DNA of 64,000 bases. Source: Coleofasciculus sp. B1-GNL1-01 (GTDB lineage Bacteria; Cyanobacteriota; Cyanobacteriia; Cyanobacteriales; Coleofasciculaceae). Made by a program: the position numbers and the translations under genes. The first letter of the stretch is position 1. Each line of letters opens with the position of its first letter. Positions 32,484 through 42,086 of this stretch are shown piece by piece. The notes under the pieces were generated by a model that worked only from the letters and a program-made list of their open reading frames with translations, was not told the origin of the DNA and ran no database searches. The stretch is from the NCBI GenBank assembly GCA_040220235.1, contig JAVJTO010000006.1, one strand, 5' to 3'.

Positions 32484-33308
32484 ATGCCAATACATCATCA
32501 AGATTTTAACTATTTACGCCAATTAGTACGCCATCATTCCGCCATGGTTTTGGATGCGGATAAAGCCTATTTAGCCGAGTTACGCTTAACCCCTCTGGCG
32601 ACGCAAATGGGATTTATTTCTCTAGGGGAAATGATTGCCAATCTGCAAACGCAACCCTTTAATCAACGCCATGTCCAGGTGGTTGAAGGAATGCTGTTGA
32701 CGGAAACATCCTTTTTCCGCGATCGCTATCCCTTTGACGCCCTTGCCAACGCCATTCTGCCCGAACTCCTAGCCAAACGGCAAACCCAACGAACCTTGAA
32801 TATTTGGTGTGCCGCTTGTTCGAGTGGTCAAGAACCCTATAGCATTGCCATGCTACTGCATGAAGAGTTTCCCGAACTGCTGAACTGGAAACTCCGATTA
32901 ATTGCCACCGATCTCTCCAATGAGATCCTCAACCGTGCTAAAGCCGGACTCTACAGTCAGCTTGAAGTGACACGGGGACTTCCCCTTTCCTTGTTAAATA
33001 AATACTTTCAAAATAAAGGAAACCAGTGGCAAATTTGTGATAGGATACGCCACCGAATTGAATTTCAGCAACTTAATTTGGTTACTCATTCATTTACCCA
33101 ATTCCATAAATTGGATATTATTTTTTTACGCAACGTTTTAATTTATTTTGATTTAACCAACAAAAAAGCCGTATTAAAAAAAATCAGGACAAGTCTCGCG
33201 CCGGACGGTTATTTATTTTTAGGCGGTGGGGAAACCACCTTAAATTTAGATGACTCCTTTGAACGGGTGCAAGTGGATAAAGCGGTGTGTTATCGTCAGC
33301 GTCGATAG
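32484..33308 (+). CDS. cheR: Chemotaxis methyltransferase CheR
   Basis: Motifs ETSFFRD, IWCAACSSGQEPYS and RNVLIYF. Confidence 0.96.
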   Translation: MPIHHQDFNYLRQLVRHHSAMVLDADKAYLAELRLTPLATQMGFISLGEMIANLQTQPFNQRHVQVVEGMLLTETSFFRDRYPFDALANAILPELLAKRQTQRTLNIWCAACSSGQEPYSIAMLLHEEFPELLNWKLRLIATDLSNEILNRAKAGLYSQLEVTRGLPLSLLNKYFQNKGNQWQICDRIRHRIEFQQLNLVTHSFTQFHKLDIIFLRNVLIYFDLTNKKAVLKKIRTSLAPDGYLFLGGGETTLNLDDSFERVQVDKAVCYRQRR

Positions 33309-33414
33309 CGATTTTCGTGTTCGTAGTAGGCGCTTTAGCGCCCCAACAGCGCGATCGCGGGAGTTAAGGATTAATCCAGATGAACTCGATTAACCTCCTC
33401 CCGCTGCTGTTTTG

Positions 33415-36400
33415 CTAATCAATCCTGACACGGAAGCGGATAAACCCAGTATTCTCAGGAGCAGTATTACGAATGTTCCCTAAATCCACAAACACTGAAC
33501 CATTAGGATTGTTGGAGTTGGGACAGGGAGGAGCATTTACACTGTTGAGAGGAGAGAAAAAGGTTCCCTTATCCTCATCTGGGCTATTGGTTTGTGAGAT
33601 AGTTGATCCGTTCCGCTGTAGGGAAATGCCCCGACTGGCGGCAAAACTGTCAGGGATAAACGTCGTTCCCTCTGGGATGGCATCACAGACTCGGATGTTA
33701 GTCACAGCTTGTCCTCCATCTGAGAGAAAATAAATGGTGTATTCGACTTCATCTCCACTTTGTAAAGATGCTTCTGAACCTATCTGAATCACACCCTGCG
33801 GCTCTCCGTTCGGAAGCTGAGACCATCCAGGTGCATTATCATCATCATTATTGGGATCATCAACAAACGTGTTGAAATTAATCCCGCTAATCGGGGCACC
33901 ATCTCTCGTGACATTGGTAATTCGCTTGACTAAACGTAGATTGGGTTGTGTTGCTAAAGGAATGGTCACACTGGCTTGATCATCTTCATTGGGATCATTG
34001 TTTCTAAATGTGGCATCTGGATCACGTTGGTTAGCCGCACTAATCTCAGCGGTATTCGTGACTGGATCGGTTGTATTTAAGGTAGCAACAATATTTACAG
34101 TGGCAGTTTCCCCACTGGCAAGAGTGCCAACTGACCAAATTCCTGTATTGTTGTCGTAGCTACCTCGACTGGCATTAGCGGAGACAAAGGTTAATCCTGA
34201 AGGGAGTCGTTCTGTGATACCAACACCTGTTGCTGTGGCTGGTCCATCATTCGTCAGAATTAGTGTGTACGTTATATTTTGTCCGGGACTAATAGTTGTT
34301 GAATCAACTGTTTTCAGAAGACTCAAATCCGCCAATTCTTGGGGGAGCGTCACACTCGCTTGATCATCTTCTCCTGGAACGCCATTAGCTGGTATGGAGT
34401 CGGGGTCTAGTTGATCCGAACGACTCACTTGAGCTGTATTCGTCACGGGTTGGTCAGTATTCACCTGAGCCGTAATTTGCAACGTGGCACTTGCCCCATT
34501 GTTGAGGTTACCGACTGACCACTCTCCTGTGTTGCTATCATAGCTGCCTTGGCTGGCTTCAAAAGAAGAGAAGGTCAATCCCTCCGGAACTTGTTCACTC
34601 ACAGCGACATTAGTTGCTGTATCGGGTCCGTCATTCTGTAGGGTGACGGTGTAAGTGAGGCTTTCTCCGACACTGGGGTTAGTATTACTGGCAGTTTTAC
34701 TCAGAGAGAGGTCGGCTACCTGGGTGGGTAGATTGAGGCTAGCTTGATCATCTTCATTGGGTTCATTATTCCCCGGAGTGGAGTCGGGGTCAGGTTGGTC
34801 GGATGCAGTAACTTGAGCGGTATTGGCAATAGGTAGGTTATTCACTGTGCCTGTCACTTGCAAACGGACAGTTGCCCCACTAGCGAGTGTACCCACTGAC
34901 CAAATTCCGGTGTTGCTATCATAGCTGCCTTGGCTGGGGTTGGCAGAGGAGAAGGTCAATCCCTCTGGCACTTGCTCAGTCACTGCCACATTGGTGGCGG
35001 TACTCGGTCCATCATTCCGCAGGGTGACGGTGTAGGTGAGGCTTTCTCCGATACTGGGATCAGTGTTATCGGCAGTTTTGCTCAGGGAGAGGTCAGCTAT
35101 CTGGGTGGGTAAGTTAAGGCTAGCTTGGTCATCTTCCTCAGGTTCGTCGTTCCCCGGAGCGGAGTCAGGGTCAATTTGGTCGGATGCGCTGACTTGAGCT
35201 GTGTTAGTAATGGGTAGATTATTCACTGTTCCGGTTAGCTGCAACGTAGCGTTTGCACCGTTGTTGAGGGTACCCACTGACCAAATTCCGGTGTTGCTAT
35301 CGTAGCTGCCTTGGCTGGGGTTGGCAGAAGAGAAGGTCAATCCCTCTGGCACTTGTTCAGTCACTGCCACATTGGTGGCGGTATTCGGTCCGTCATTCCG
35401 CAGAGTAACGGTATAGGTGAGGCTTTCTCCGATACTGGGGTCAGTGTTATTGGCGGTTTTGCTCAGGGAGAGATCAGCTACCTGGGTGGGTAGGTTGAGG
35501 CTAGCTTGGTCATCTTCATTGGGTTCATTATTCCCCGGCGTGGAGTCGGGGTCAGGTTGGTCAGAGGCGCTAACTTGGGCGGTGTTGGCAATGGGTAGGT
35601 TATTCACTGTTCCGGTTAGCGCCAAAGTAGCGCTGGCACCGTTGTTGAGGTTACCCACTGACCAAATTCCAGTATTGCTATCGTAGCTGCCTTGACTGGG
35701 GTTGGCAGAGGAGAAAGTCAATCCCTCTGGCACTTGCTCAGTTACCGCGACATTAGTGGCGGTATCCGGTCCGTCATTCTGTAGGGTGACGGTGTAGGTG
35801 AGAGTCTCACCAATACTGGGGTCATTGTTATTGGCGGTTTTGCTCAGGGAGAGGTCAGCTATCTGGGGGGGTAAGTTAAGGCGAGCTTGATCATCTTCGT
35901 CTGGTTCATTGTTCCCCGGAGTGGAGTCAGGGTCAATTTGGTCGGATGCGCTGACTTGAGCCGTGTTGGTAATGGGTAGGTTATTCACTGTTCCGGTTAG
36001 CGCCAAGGTAGCGCTGGCACCGTTGTTGAGGTTACCCACTGACCAAATTCCTGTGTTGCTATCATAGTTGCCTTGGCTGGGGTTGGCAGAAGAGAAAGTC
36101 AATCCCGGCGGAACTTGTTCACTCACCTCGACATTGGTGGCAGTATCAGGTCCATCATTCCGCAGTGTGACGGTATAGGTGAGGCTTTCACCGATACTGG
36201 GGTCAGTGTTATTAGCAGTTTTAGTTAGAGATAGGTCGGCTAACTGGGTAGGCAGGTTAAGGCTAGCTTGGTCGTCTTCGTCAGGTTCGTCGTTCCCTGG
36301 TGTGGAGTCAGGATCAGGTTGGTCAGAGGCACTGACTTGAGCCGTGTTAGCGATGGGTAGGTTATTCACTGTTCCGGTTAGCTCTAAGGTAGCGCTTGCG

Positions 36401-37782
36401 CCATTGTTGAGGCTACCAACTGACCACTCTCCTGTGTTGCTATCATAGTCGCCTTGGCTGGGATTGGCAGAAGAGAAGGTAAATCCTGCTGGAATTTGTT
36501 CAGTCACCGCGACATTAGTGGCAGTATCCGGTCCGTCATTCCGCAGAGTGACGATGTAGGTGAGATCTTCACCCACATTAGGATTGGTATTGTTGACTGT
36601 TTTGCTTAGGGATAGGTCGGCACTCGGAGTTGGTGTTATGGTTAAGCTGTTTTGGTCGTCTTCGCTGGGTTGATTGTTCCCTGGAGTGGAATCAGGATCA
36701 AATTCGTTTGATGTATTGACCTGCGCTGTATTTGTGATCGGTTGACTCGTATTAAGTCTAGCCGTAATATCTAGCGTGGCGCTATTACCTTGTTCTATGG
36801 GTGTATTAAGTGTCCAGATAGCTGTCGTCGGATCATAGTCTCCTTGACTAGGATTGTCACTAATATAAGTTAATCCAGAAGGGAGTGATTCGAGGATTGA
36901 GACATCAGTAGCAGGACAGGGACCTTGATTAGTTACTCTTACTCTGTACGTCAGTTCATCGCCGACAATAATTGGATCGCTAAAACTAGCATCTTTTTCT
37001 AATTCTAAATCTGCTTCGGCGTCAAAACTAATGTTAAACAGACCAATAGCTTGTGGATCGGGATCAGGATTAGGGTTGTTTGGAGTTGGTTGAGAGCTAG
37101 GACCATTTTCATAGAAGATTGTAAACTCATCAATAGTAATTTCACCAAAATCAACCTTAACAGTTCCCTGAGCTGTATCATTCCTACCAACGCCTGTACC
37201 TAGAGCGACATTCCCTGTTGATGAGCTAGATGGTAGTAAGTCTGGAAAACCTTGTTCATCCAACTCTTCTTCAGTCGTACTCGTAAGAGTAGGAGCAGGT
37301 ACTTCCACACCATTATTGAAGCCTCTAACGGTCACTTGATCCTGCCAATTGGGAGGATTATCATCCTCATCCACATCAAATATCTGGAAATTGACTAGAG
37401 GTACTGGGCTGTCTAACTCAACGCGTACAGTTACCCCTTGACCTGTTTCGGTTGTATCCATTCTGAGGACTAGCGCTTCTACATTTTCACCTAAACCTCC
37501 GTTAAATATTCCTGAAATATCATCCGGTAATGTTATCCCCCGAAGCTCATCATCAACAAGGATATTCAGAGGATCTTCAATCGTAATAGTAGCATTTACA
37601 TCTTGCTCACAACCCAAGTTTTGAAATGTTTGCGAGGTGTCACCTGTGGGCCACTCAACACCAGGCGCACTCCAATTTAATTCTGGCGTAACTGTTTGTG
37701 CTTTAACAATGGTTTGGTTAAAGAAAGTTCCCAGACTCAGTAAGGTTCCAAGAGTTCTTTTAAAGAAATTAGAATGATTCAT
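33415..37782 (-). CDS. Large acidic secreted protein with 8 DUF11 Ig-like repeats and a conserved C-terminal domain (putative adhesin)
   Basis: Signal-peptide-like N-terminus; eight ~127-aa units ADL.L.KT...TYT....N.GP..AT...DPDSTPGN...EDD. Confidence 0.9.
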   Translation of the reverse strand: MNHSNFFKRTLGTLLSLGTFFNQTIVKAQTVTPELNWSAPGVEWPTGDTSQTFQNLGCEQDVNATITIEDPLNILVDDELRGITLPDDISGIFNGGLGENVEALVLRMDTTETGQGVTVRVELDSPVPLVNFQIFDVDEDDNPPNWQDQVTVRGFNNGVEVPAPTLTSTTEEELDEQGFPDLLPSSSSTGNVALGTGVGRNDTAQGTVKVDFGEITIDEFTIFYENGPSSQPTPNNPNPDPDPQAIGLFNISFDAEADLELEKDASFSDPIIVGDELTYRVRVTNQGPCPATDVSILESLPSGLTYISDNPSQGDYDPTTAIWTLNTPIEQGNSATLDITARLNTSQPITNTAQVNTSNEFDPDSTPGNNQPSEDDQNSLTITPTPSADLSLSKTVNNTNPNVGEDLTYIVTLRNDGPDTATNVAVTEQIPAGFTFSSANPSQGDYDSNTGEWSVGSLNNGASATLELTGTVNNLPIANTAQVSASDQPDPDSTPGNDEPDEDDQASLNLPTQLADLSLTKTANNTDPSIGESLTYTVTLRNDGPDTATNVEVSEQVPPGLTFSSANPSQGNYDSNTGIWSVGNLNNGASATLALTGTVNNLPITNTAQVSASDQIDPDSTPGNNEPDEDDQARLNLPPQIADLSLSKTANNNDPSIGETLTYTVTLQNDGPDTATNVAVTEQVPEGLTFSSANPSQGSYDSNTGIWSVGNLNNGASATLALTGTVNNLPIANTAQVSASDQPDPDSTPGNNEPNEDDQASLNLPTQVADLSLSKTANNTDPSIGESLTYTVTLRNDGPNTATNVAVTEQVPEGLTFSSANPSQGSYDSNTGIWSVGTLNNGANATLQLTGTVNNLPITNTAQVSASDQIDPDSAPGNDEPEEDDQASLNLPTQIADLSLSKTADNTDPSIGESLTYTVTLRNDGPSTATNVAVTEQVPEGLTFSSANPSQGSYDSNTGIWSVGTLASGATVRLQVTGTVNNLPIANTAQVTASDQPDPDSTPGNNEPNEDDQASLNLPTQVADLSLSKTASNTNPSVGESLTYTVTLQNDGPDTATNVAVSEQVPEGLTFSSFEASQGSYDSNTGEWSVGNLNNGASATLQITAQVNTDQPVTNTAQVSRSDQLDPDSIPANGVPGEDDQASVTLPQELADLSLLKTVDSTTISPGQNITYTLILTNDGPATATGVGITERLPSGLTFVSANASRGSYDNNTGIWSVGTLASGETATVNIVATLNTTDPVTNTAEISAANQRDPDATFRNNDPNEDDQASVTIPLATQPNLRLVKRITNVTRDGAPISGINFNTFVDDPNNDDDNAPGWSQLPNGEPQGVIQIGSEASLQSGDEVEYTIYFLSDGGQAVTNIRVCDAIPEGTTFIPDSFAASRGISLQRNGSTISQTNSPDEDKGTFFSPLNSVNAPPCPNSNNPNGSVFVDLGNIRNTAPENTGFIRFRVRID
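34330..37020. repeat. Intragenic ~381-bp tandem repeats encoding DUF11 domains
   Basis: Highly similar units, e.g. 34930 vs 35311 (381-bp period). Confidence 0.9.
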
Positions 37783-37957
37783 AGTTTTAGGAAATTTTCC
37801 AATTCGTTCATTAACTTGACTACCTAGCCATCACAGGAATTATGCCCCAAAAACAAGCTCCGAAAAATCAGCTCGTAAGTTACTGATTAAGTCATCCCGG
37901 AAAACTTATTGTCAGTGACTCATATTTGCTGGAATCTATTGGGACTTTTCCTAACTC

Positions 37958-39025
37958 CTAAAATTCAATTTGCAAGTCCGTTTCTTGGTCTTCAAAAATA
38001 ATCTCTAAGCCTCTGAGATCCTGGAAAATAATTTCCACGCGGCGATCGCGTGCGTAATCCACAACGCTGCTACCTGTTGTCCGGCGCTGGCTTTCGCCGA
38101 AGGATCGAATCGTCATTCGTCCCGGATCGATTCCTTGACGCAATAGATAATTCCGCACCGATAACGCCCGACGTCTAGCTAAGGCTTGGTTGTAGGCGAC
38201 ACTGGCGCGGGGGTCAGTGTGTCCTTGCAGTTCAATGGTAAGGAAGGGATATTCTTTGAGAACCGCCGCCACTTGATCCAGTATCGCTGCACTCTCTGGC
38301 GAGATATCCGAACGATCTAGGGCAAAATGCACATTCCGAGGAACGCGCAGCGTCAAGGGTTGTTGAACGGGTGGAGGTTGAACGGGTGGAGTTGGTTCTG
38401 GGGGAGATGGCGGCGGCGTTTGGCTGAGACATCGGGGAATTACAGGGGGTAGAGGTTCTGGGTTAGCCGGAATTGTACCATCTGAAGACTTCACCACCGC
38501 ATTCAGGGCAGGTTCTGATGTGCCGTCTTGGGGGTGAGTCGCGATCGCACTTATGGTTTCCCCAGGCTGTAACCCCGTCAGCGTAACGCTAAATTGACCC
38601 TCGGCATCGGTTATTGTCGTGCCAATGGGTTCATTTAGTGGACCATAGACACTATCGGCGGCTTCCCTGACTCGATAGAATTCCACCGTTGAACCGGGTT
38701 CAGCTTGACCCAATACTTCTAGCTGATCGCCCAACTGAACCAACTCATCGGAGACAAATTGCGGGGCATTTATCCCATTATTCCCTGTGGTCTGGCGTTG
38801 GTACTTAGTGGTACGGGGGGGATTATGACCATCCCCAACTTGGAAATGAATCGGTTCCACATGTTGCTGGGCATTCAGGTCAATACTCAACCCTTCCAAC
38901 CCTGCAAACCGATTGGTTTCAATCACATTGCCATAGGTATCTGGGTAAGCCGTCAGTACGACACTTGGTCTTGGTTGATAGGTGATTTTATTCCCCATGA
39001 CAATGGTTGACGTATTTTTTGGCAT
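37958..39025 (-). CDS. N-terminally truncated duplicate of the OmpA-domain protein (possible pseudogene)
   Basis: Near-identical to the C-terminal half of 42086-44344. ATG 39025 lies 4 nt after the upstream stop. No signal peptide. Confidence 0.75.
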   Translation of the reverse strand: MPKNTSTIVMGNKITYQPRPSVVLTAYPDTYGNVIETNRFAGLEGLSIDLNAQQHVEPIHFQVGDGHNPPRTTKYQRQTTGNNGINAPQFVSDELVQLGDQLEVLGQAEPGSTVEFYRVREAADSVYGPLNEPIGTTITDAEGQFSVTLTGLQPGETISAIATHPQDGTSEPALNAVVKSSDGTIPANPEPLPPVIPRCLSQTPPPSPPEPTPPVQPPPVQQPLTLRVPRNVHFALDRSDISPESAAILDQVAAVLKEYPFLTIELQGHTDPRASVAYNQALARRRALSVRNYLLRQGIDPGRMTIRSFGESQRRTTGSSVVDYARDRRVEIIFQDLRGLEIIFEDQETDLQIEF

Positions 39026-39029
39026 TGAT

Positions 39030-42000
39030 CTAATCAACCCTGACGCGGAAGCGGACAAACCCCACATTATCCGGAGTTGTAATTGGCACATCACCCAGAT
39101 TAATCAACACTGATCCATTCGGATTGGTGAGGTTTGGACAGGGAGATGTGACAGGACTTAGAGGGGGGAGAAATTCTCCGCGATCGTCTTCTGATTGATT
39201 ACTTTGGTTGGTATTAGTTCCGCCTTGATTCACTAAAATTCCTTGACCTGGATTAAAACTATCCGTGATAAACGTTGTCTCTTCTGGAATAGCGTCGCAG
39301 ATAGTGATACCGTTCGCCGGAGCTGTACCATCGGACAGAAAGTAGATGGTGTATTCTACTTCGTCCCCACTTTGGAGCGATGATTCTGAGGGTAAGGAGG
39401 AAATCCCCACGGGTTGTACTGAGGTTTGACTGAGTATGTTGTCATCTTCATCTTCTGGGTCATCTTCAACTGTGTTGAAGTTAACTCCACTAATTGGTGC
39501 GCCATTTCGGATAATATTCGTAACTCGCTTGACTAAACGCAGGTTGGGGTTACCCAAAGGTTGGACTACGAGCAATGTGGGTTCATCATCCCCAGTTCCT
39601 TCTAAGTTACCCTGGTCAACGCCATCATCTGATATTTGGGGCACATCTCCTGTTTTGGCAAAAGCATCGGTGATAGACTCGTCTACCGTACCCCCATTTG
39701 ATCTGGCGACGGCTTGGTTGCGAATTTCCGCTCCTGCGGCGGCGATTACTTCTGCCTGGTATTGGATCACAACTTGACCCCCGTCCGCACCCAGGGTTCC
39801 TGAGTTATTCAGGTTTGGATCACTGGTGCCGTTATAGGTAGAGTTCGCTGTCACCGTTGTCCCTGCACCACTGGCAGTGAAATTGTAACTACCTTCGACA
39901 AACTGCAAGCTAGTGGTATCGATTTCATCAACGGCTTGGAAGTCGGTGATCGGGATTGAGGGATCGGAGTTGGTGTAGGTAATTGTGTACTCGACAATAT
40001 CACCCTGGGTCAACGAGCCACTGCCATCGGTATCCTGAGAGAGTTCGACGGATTTAATTCCCACCGGTTGAACTGGACTCGGTTCAATCGTGGTGTCTTC
40101 TGGGTCAGTGTTATTGTCCTCATTGGGGTCTAAGGTATCATCGGGTGGGTCAACGGTTGCGGTATTATTCAATGTCCCAGATGCTGTTGGAGAAACGGTA
40201 CCATTTACCGTAATCGTGGCGGTGGCACCGACATTGAGGTCTACAGTCAAATCAATGGTGTTGCCCGTACCACTCGCTGTACCACAAGCCCCTGTATCCG
40301 GAGCTGATGTGATCTCACAATTCCAGGTAACGTTAGTAATATCGTCGGGTATCGTATCGGTGACTGTGGCGCCAGTGACATCTGAGTAGGTTTCTCCCTG
40401 TGGCGGCTGTTCATTGGTTACGGTGAGGGTATAGGTGATCTGTTCCCCAGCCACGATGGGGTCAGGCTGATCGGTTTTAGTAATGGAAAGATCTGCCACC
40501 TGAACCAGGATACCCTCTTGCAGTCCAAGCGGTGTGGAAGGAACGTTAATCCAAGTGTCTATGCCTTTTTCATTACCAAAGTCAGAACTGAATACATGAC
40601 CGCCGCCACTACTATCTTCCCCCTCAGGTAAGACAGTCTCGCCGCCTACTGGTGTATCGTCATAATAGATAATGGTTTCATCTCCAGACGGACCATTGAG
40701 TCGTAGTCGTCTAAGGATAATGCCATTAGGATTGTTTTCAGCATCGATGAAGGGGAAATGCGCTTCACCGGCATTGATTTCTATTGTGGCTTGGTAGGGA
40801 ACACTATTGACGGGAACTGGATTTCCTTGACCATCTAGTCCATCCCAAAATACTTGGTTTGAGCCGGCAACTGTTCGACCGATAAGCTGGCGATCTATAC
40901 CATCATCAAACATACCATTGTTATTCAAGTCAATAATGATGCTATAAGTTCCTGGCACATTGGCGTCAAAATTAAAATTACCACCTAATGTTTGACCTAC
41001 TTGATTAGGAGTCCCGTCAGTCCCGGTAAACGTAAAGTTGCTAACCTCAGGAGTCACCAAGTCCGGTCGCAAGAATGTTTCACCATTGCGAGTCATGGCT
41101 GAGGCAGGCATGTTCATAGCGGGCTGATTCAGGAAAACCTTATGGGTGATATCATTAGTCGCCTCGTTGTCAGATTCACCCGACGGATCGAGTAAAGTGC
41201 TGCCCTCAAGGATCTCATCTTGATTAATAACGATCTCACTTTGATTAATGGATTCAAAACTCGGTTCACCCGTAGTCGAATCCAGAAATCCTTTACTATT
41301 GGCAAAAAAGATAAAGCCAAAGGGGTCGATACCATTCAGGTCGATTTCGTACTGATAACCCTGGTTGGTTTGGATTGTGAGTTGAGAATTGAGACTCCTA
41401 CCGTTGCTTCCCATGTTTAGAGCCAAATAGTTGGCAAAGACTCGACCTGGGATTGGACTGCCTGTACTATCGACTACGGTGACATCCCAGGCGGCTATAA
41501 AACCGACATCTTCTTCTTGTGTCCATTCCTCTCTTGCCCCGATAGGAGCTGGATTCTCGTTACTACCTTCGTTAGGGCTAATAAATTCTATTTCCCAAAT
41601 TCCCGTTTGACCTCCTTGGACAGTAACCTGACAGGGTGTATATGATGCTGGTGGATTTCCCTCACCAATAGCTTCTTCTGTCGCTAGATTGGGAATCAAA
41701 CCTGTTCCGGGATCAGAGCTACTACAAGTATTAGTAGAACCATCGGGTTCGGGTGCAGTATACCTAATATCACCATCACCAATCCCGATCGCACTAGAGC
41801 CAAGATTGATTGTTTCTCCTGCCCGAACGTATACCTGAATAATCGTTCGACGGGGTATGCCTGCGCTATCATCATTACGATACTCTAAGTAAGGGCGATC
41901 GCCTCCATTGTCAATTAAGTCTGCACTCCCTTCAGCGCGGACTCCCTGAGTCCAACCCAACCCCATGAAAAGGGCAAGAAAACCTAGGAACCATCCTTGT

Positions 42001-42086
42001 TTAAACCTTTTGTGTCCTAATTGCATTCGGTTTACCTGTGCCATTAGGGGAGCCTTTTGATCACCATTCATGGGTAAACTAGCCAT
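39030..42086 (-). CDS. Secreted DUF11-domain protein with the shared C-terminal domain
   Basis: Signal peptide ...GVRA-EG, ADLSITKTD DUF11 unit, and C-terminal PNLRLVKR...GFVRFRVRVD. Confidence 0.88.
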   Translation of the reverse strand: MASLPMNGDQKAPLMAQVNRMQLGHKRFKQGWFLGFLALFMGLGWTQGVRAEGSADLIDNGGDRPYLEYRNDDSAGIPRRTIIQVYVRAGETINLGSSAIGIGDGDIRYTAPEPDGSTNTCSSSDPGTGLIPNLATEEAIGEGNPPASYTPCQVTVQGGQTGIWEIEFISPNEGSNENPAPIGAREEWTQEEDVGFIAAWDVTVVDSTGSPIPGRVFANYLALNMGSNGRSLNSQLTIQTNQGYQYEIDLNGIDPFGFIFFANSKGFLDSTTGEPSFESINQSEIVINQDEILEGSTLLDPSGESDNEATNDITHKVFLNQPAMNMPASAMTRNGETFLRPDLVTPEVSNFTFTGTDGTPNQVGQTLGGNFNFDANVPGTYSIIIDLNNNGMFDDGIDRQLIGRTVAGSNQVFWDGLDGQGNPVPVNSVPYQATIEINAGEAHFPFIDAENNPNGIILRRLRLNGPSGDETIIYYDDTPVGGETVLPEGEDSSGGGHVFSSDFGNEKGIDTWINVPSTPLGLQEGILVQVADLSITKTDQPDPIVAGEQITYTLTVTNEQPPQGETYSDVTGATVTDTIPDDITNVTWNCEITSAPDTGACGTASGTGNTIDLTVDLNVGATATITVNGTVSPTASGTLNNTATVDPPDDTLDPNEDNNTDPEDTTIEPSPVQPVGIKSVELSQDTDGSGSLTQGDIVEYTITYTNSDPSIPITDFQAVDEIDTTSLQFVEGSYNFTASGAGTTVTANSTYNGTSDPNLNNSGTLGADGGQVVIQYQAEVIAAAGAEIRNQAVARSNGGTVDESITDAFAKTGDVPQISDDGVDQGNLEGTGDDEPTLLVVQPLGNPNLRLVKRVTNIIRNGAPISGVNFNTVEDDPEDEDDNILSQTSVQPVGISSLPSESSLQSGDEVEYTIYFLSDGTAPANGITICDAIPEETTFITDSFNPGQGILVNQGGTNTNQSNQSEDDRGEFLPPLSPVTSPCPNLTNPNGSVLINLGDVPITTPDNVGFVRFRVRVD

